Below are positions 62,933-64,000 of a stretch of DNA of 64,000 nt, in pieces. A program made the translations under genes and the position numbers. This stretch comes from Verrucomicrobiales bacterium (lineage in GTDB: Bacteria; Verrucomicrobiota; Verrucomicrobiia; Verrucomicrobiales; DEV007). The notes below the pieces were generated by a model, which saw nothing but the letters and a program-made list of their open reading frames with translations, was not told where the DNA came from and ran no database searches. Positions within the stretch are counted from its first letter, which is position 1; each line of letters opens with the position of its first letter. The stretch lies in the NCBI GenBank assembly GCA_030730365.1, contig JANQVJ010000012.1, forward strand, positions 108,642 to 172,641, in the 5' to 3' direction.

Positions 62933-64000
62933 ATGCTCACCCAGATTCGCCATATTCAAAAAGGCACCCTGATCGTCGTCACTGTTCTGATCGTGATCTC
63001 TTTCGCCTTCCTCTACTCTGATTTCGATTTCGTGCGGGGCACCGTAGGAAAGCAGGATTGCATCGTGAAGGTCTACAATCGCTGCTACCGGCAGAAGGAG
63101 GCCCAGAAGCTCGCGAGCCATTTCGATGTCGCTCTCGAACTCGGAATGTATGACTTCGCGATGGTGCTCTTCGGGGAAAATCGTCAGGACCGCGATCCTA
63201 CCGATTTCATGATGAGCCTCGTCATTCTTCGCAAGGAAGCCGAGCGGATGGGCATCCAGCCGACCGCGACCGAGATCAAAGAGGCGATCCCGCAGCTCCC
63301 GCTTTTCCAGCAACCCTGGGTCAATGCCGCCTATGTGCAAAACAACATTCTTGGGCCGAATGGCTTCACCGACGGCGACCTCGCCAATCTGGTGAAGGAC
63401 TACCTCAGCTTTCAGAAGCTTCGCAGTCTCATCGGAGCCGGTCTCGAGGCTGTCCCTAGTGAGACGGCTCGTCTCTACACGAAGTCGAATCAGCGATACA
63501 CCGCGTCCGTGGTGCGCTTTGACCGGGCTGACTTCACCAAGGACATCAAGATCACTGACGAGGAGGTCAAGACTTACTACGAGGAAAACAAAGAAGACCT
63601 CAACTCGGAAGCAAAGCGCGGTTTCGACTACGTGAAGTTCATCCCCAAGCCCGAGGTCGAGGGGGCCACGAACGAGCAGAAGGCCAAGGCCAATCTCGAT
63701 TTCGCCAACGCGGTGAACCGCGCCTACGCCGACCTCGCCTCCGACGGGTCTGATTTTGTCAAAGTCGCCGGGCAGTATGCCGGGGCCAAGGCCGAGTTCA
63801 CGATGGAACTGGGCAAACTGGAGCCCTTTTCCCCCGCCGAACCCGTGGAAATGTTGAAAGACGAGCAAGCCGTCCTCGAGGCCATTTTCAGCCCCGCCCA
63901 GCAGATCGACGCGGTGACCGTGCCTCTTCAGGTCGAAGGCGGTGCCTACTACGTTTTCCACTACAGCACTCTCGTCGAGCCGGTGCCACTCACGCTCGAA
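62933..64000 (+). CDS. PpiD/SurA N-terminal domain periplasmic chaperone (3' partial, runs off the window)
   Basis: Not in the ORF track, translated by hand. MLTQIR...TLIVVTVLIVISFAF TM anchor, EAERMGIQPT..EIKEAI, ITDEEVKTYYEENK..RGFDYV. Confidence 0.8.
   Translation, partial: MLTQIRHIQKGTLIVVTVLIVISFAFLYSDFDFVRGTVGKQDCIVKVYNRCYRQKEAQKLASHFDVALELGMYDFAMVLFGENRQDRDPTDFMMSLVILRKEAERMGIQPTATEIKEAIPQLPLFQQPWVNAAYVQNNILGPNGFTDGDLANLVKDYLSFQKLRSLIGAGLEAVPSETARLYTKSNQRYTASVVRFDRADFTKDIKITDEEVKTYYEENKEDLNSEAKRGFDYVKFIPKPEVEGATNEQKAKANLDFANAVNRAYADLASDGSDFVKVAGQYAGAKAEFTMELGKLEPFSPAEPVEMLKDEQAVLEAIFSPAQQIDAVTVPLQVEGGAYYVFHYSTLVEPVPLTLE

Noticed and set aside
1-64000. tRNA, rRNA, tmRNA, RNase P RNA, CRISPR arrays, prophage genes
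   Set aside because: No diagnostic motifs were seen in the intergenic regions read by eye. A tRNAscan/Infernal run would be needed to exclude them formally.

Overview
GC-rich bacterial chromosome segment, most likely Verrucomicrobiota. This is inferred from PVC-specific families: two DUF1553/DUF1549 cytochrome + DUF1501 pairs, three PVC-type CxxCH dehydrogenase-cytochromes, sulfatases and an SHD1 protein. About 47 genes are present, including pheT (5' partial), a probable 6S RNA, pckG, rpsA and a PpiD-like gene (3' partial). No rRNA, tRNA, CRISPR array, transposase or integrase was recognised. Most notable: (1) a co-oriented cluster encoding a disordered protein with a roadblock domain, an MglA-like GTPase, an MglB-like protein with an acidic tail, ExbB/TolQ, ExbD/TolR, a TonB-like protein and a membrane zinc-ribbon protein, which echoes the Myxococcus Mgl/Agl-Glt logic; (2) a sensor kinase whose extracellular discoidin-like domains are visibly paralogous to the domain inserted in the DUF1553 cytochrome just downstream; (3) a lower-GC two-gene nucleotidyltransferase module lying antisense inside the DUF1553-DUF1501 operon and sharing a CATG start palindrome with DUF1501; (4) a candidate pseudoknotted rpsA leader and a widespread CC-ATG start context without a Shine-Dalgarno sequence. 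All assignments come from reading motifs by eye. No database searches were run, and start codons moved from the ORF track are my estimates.
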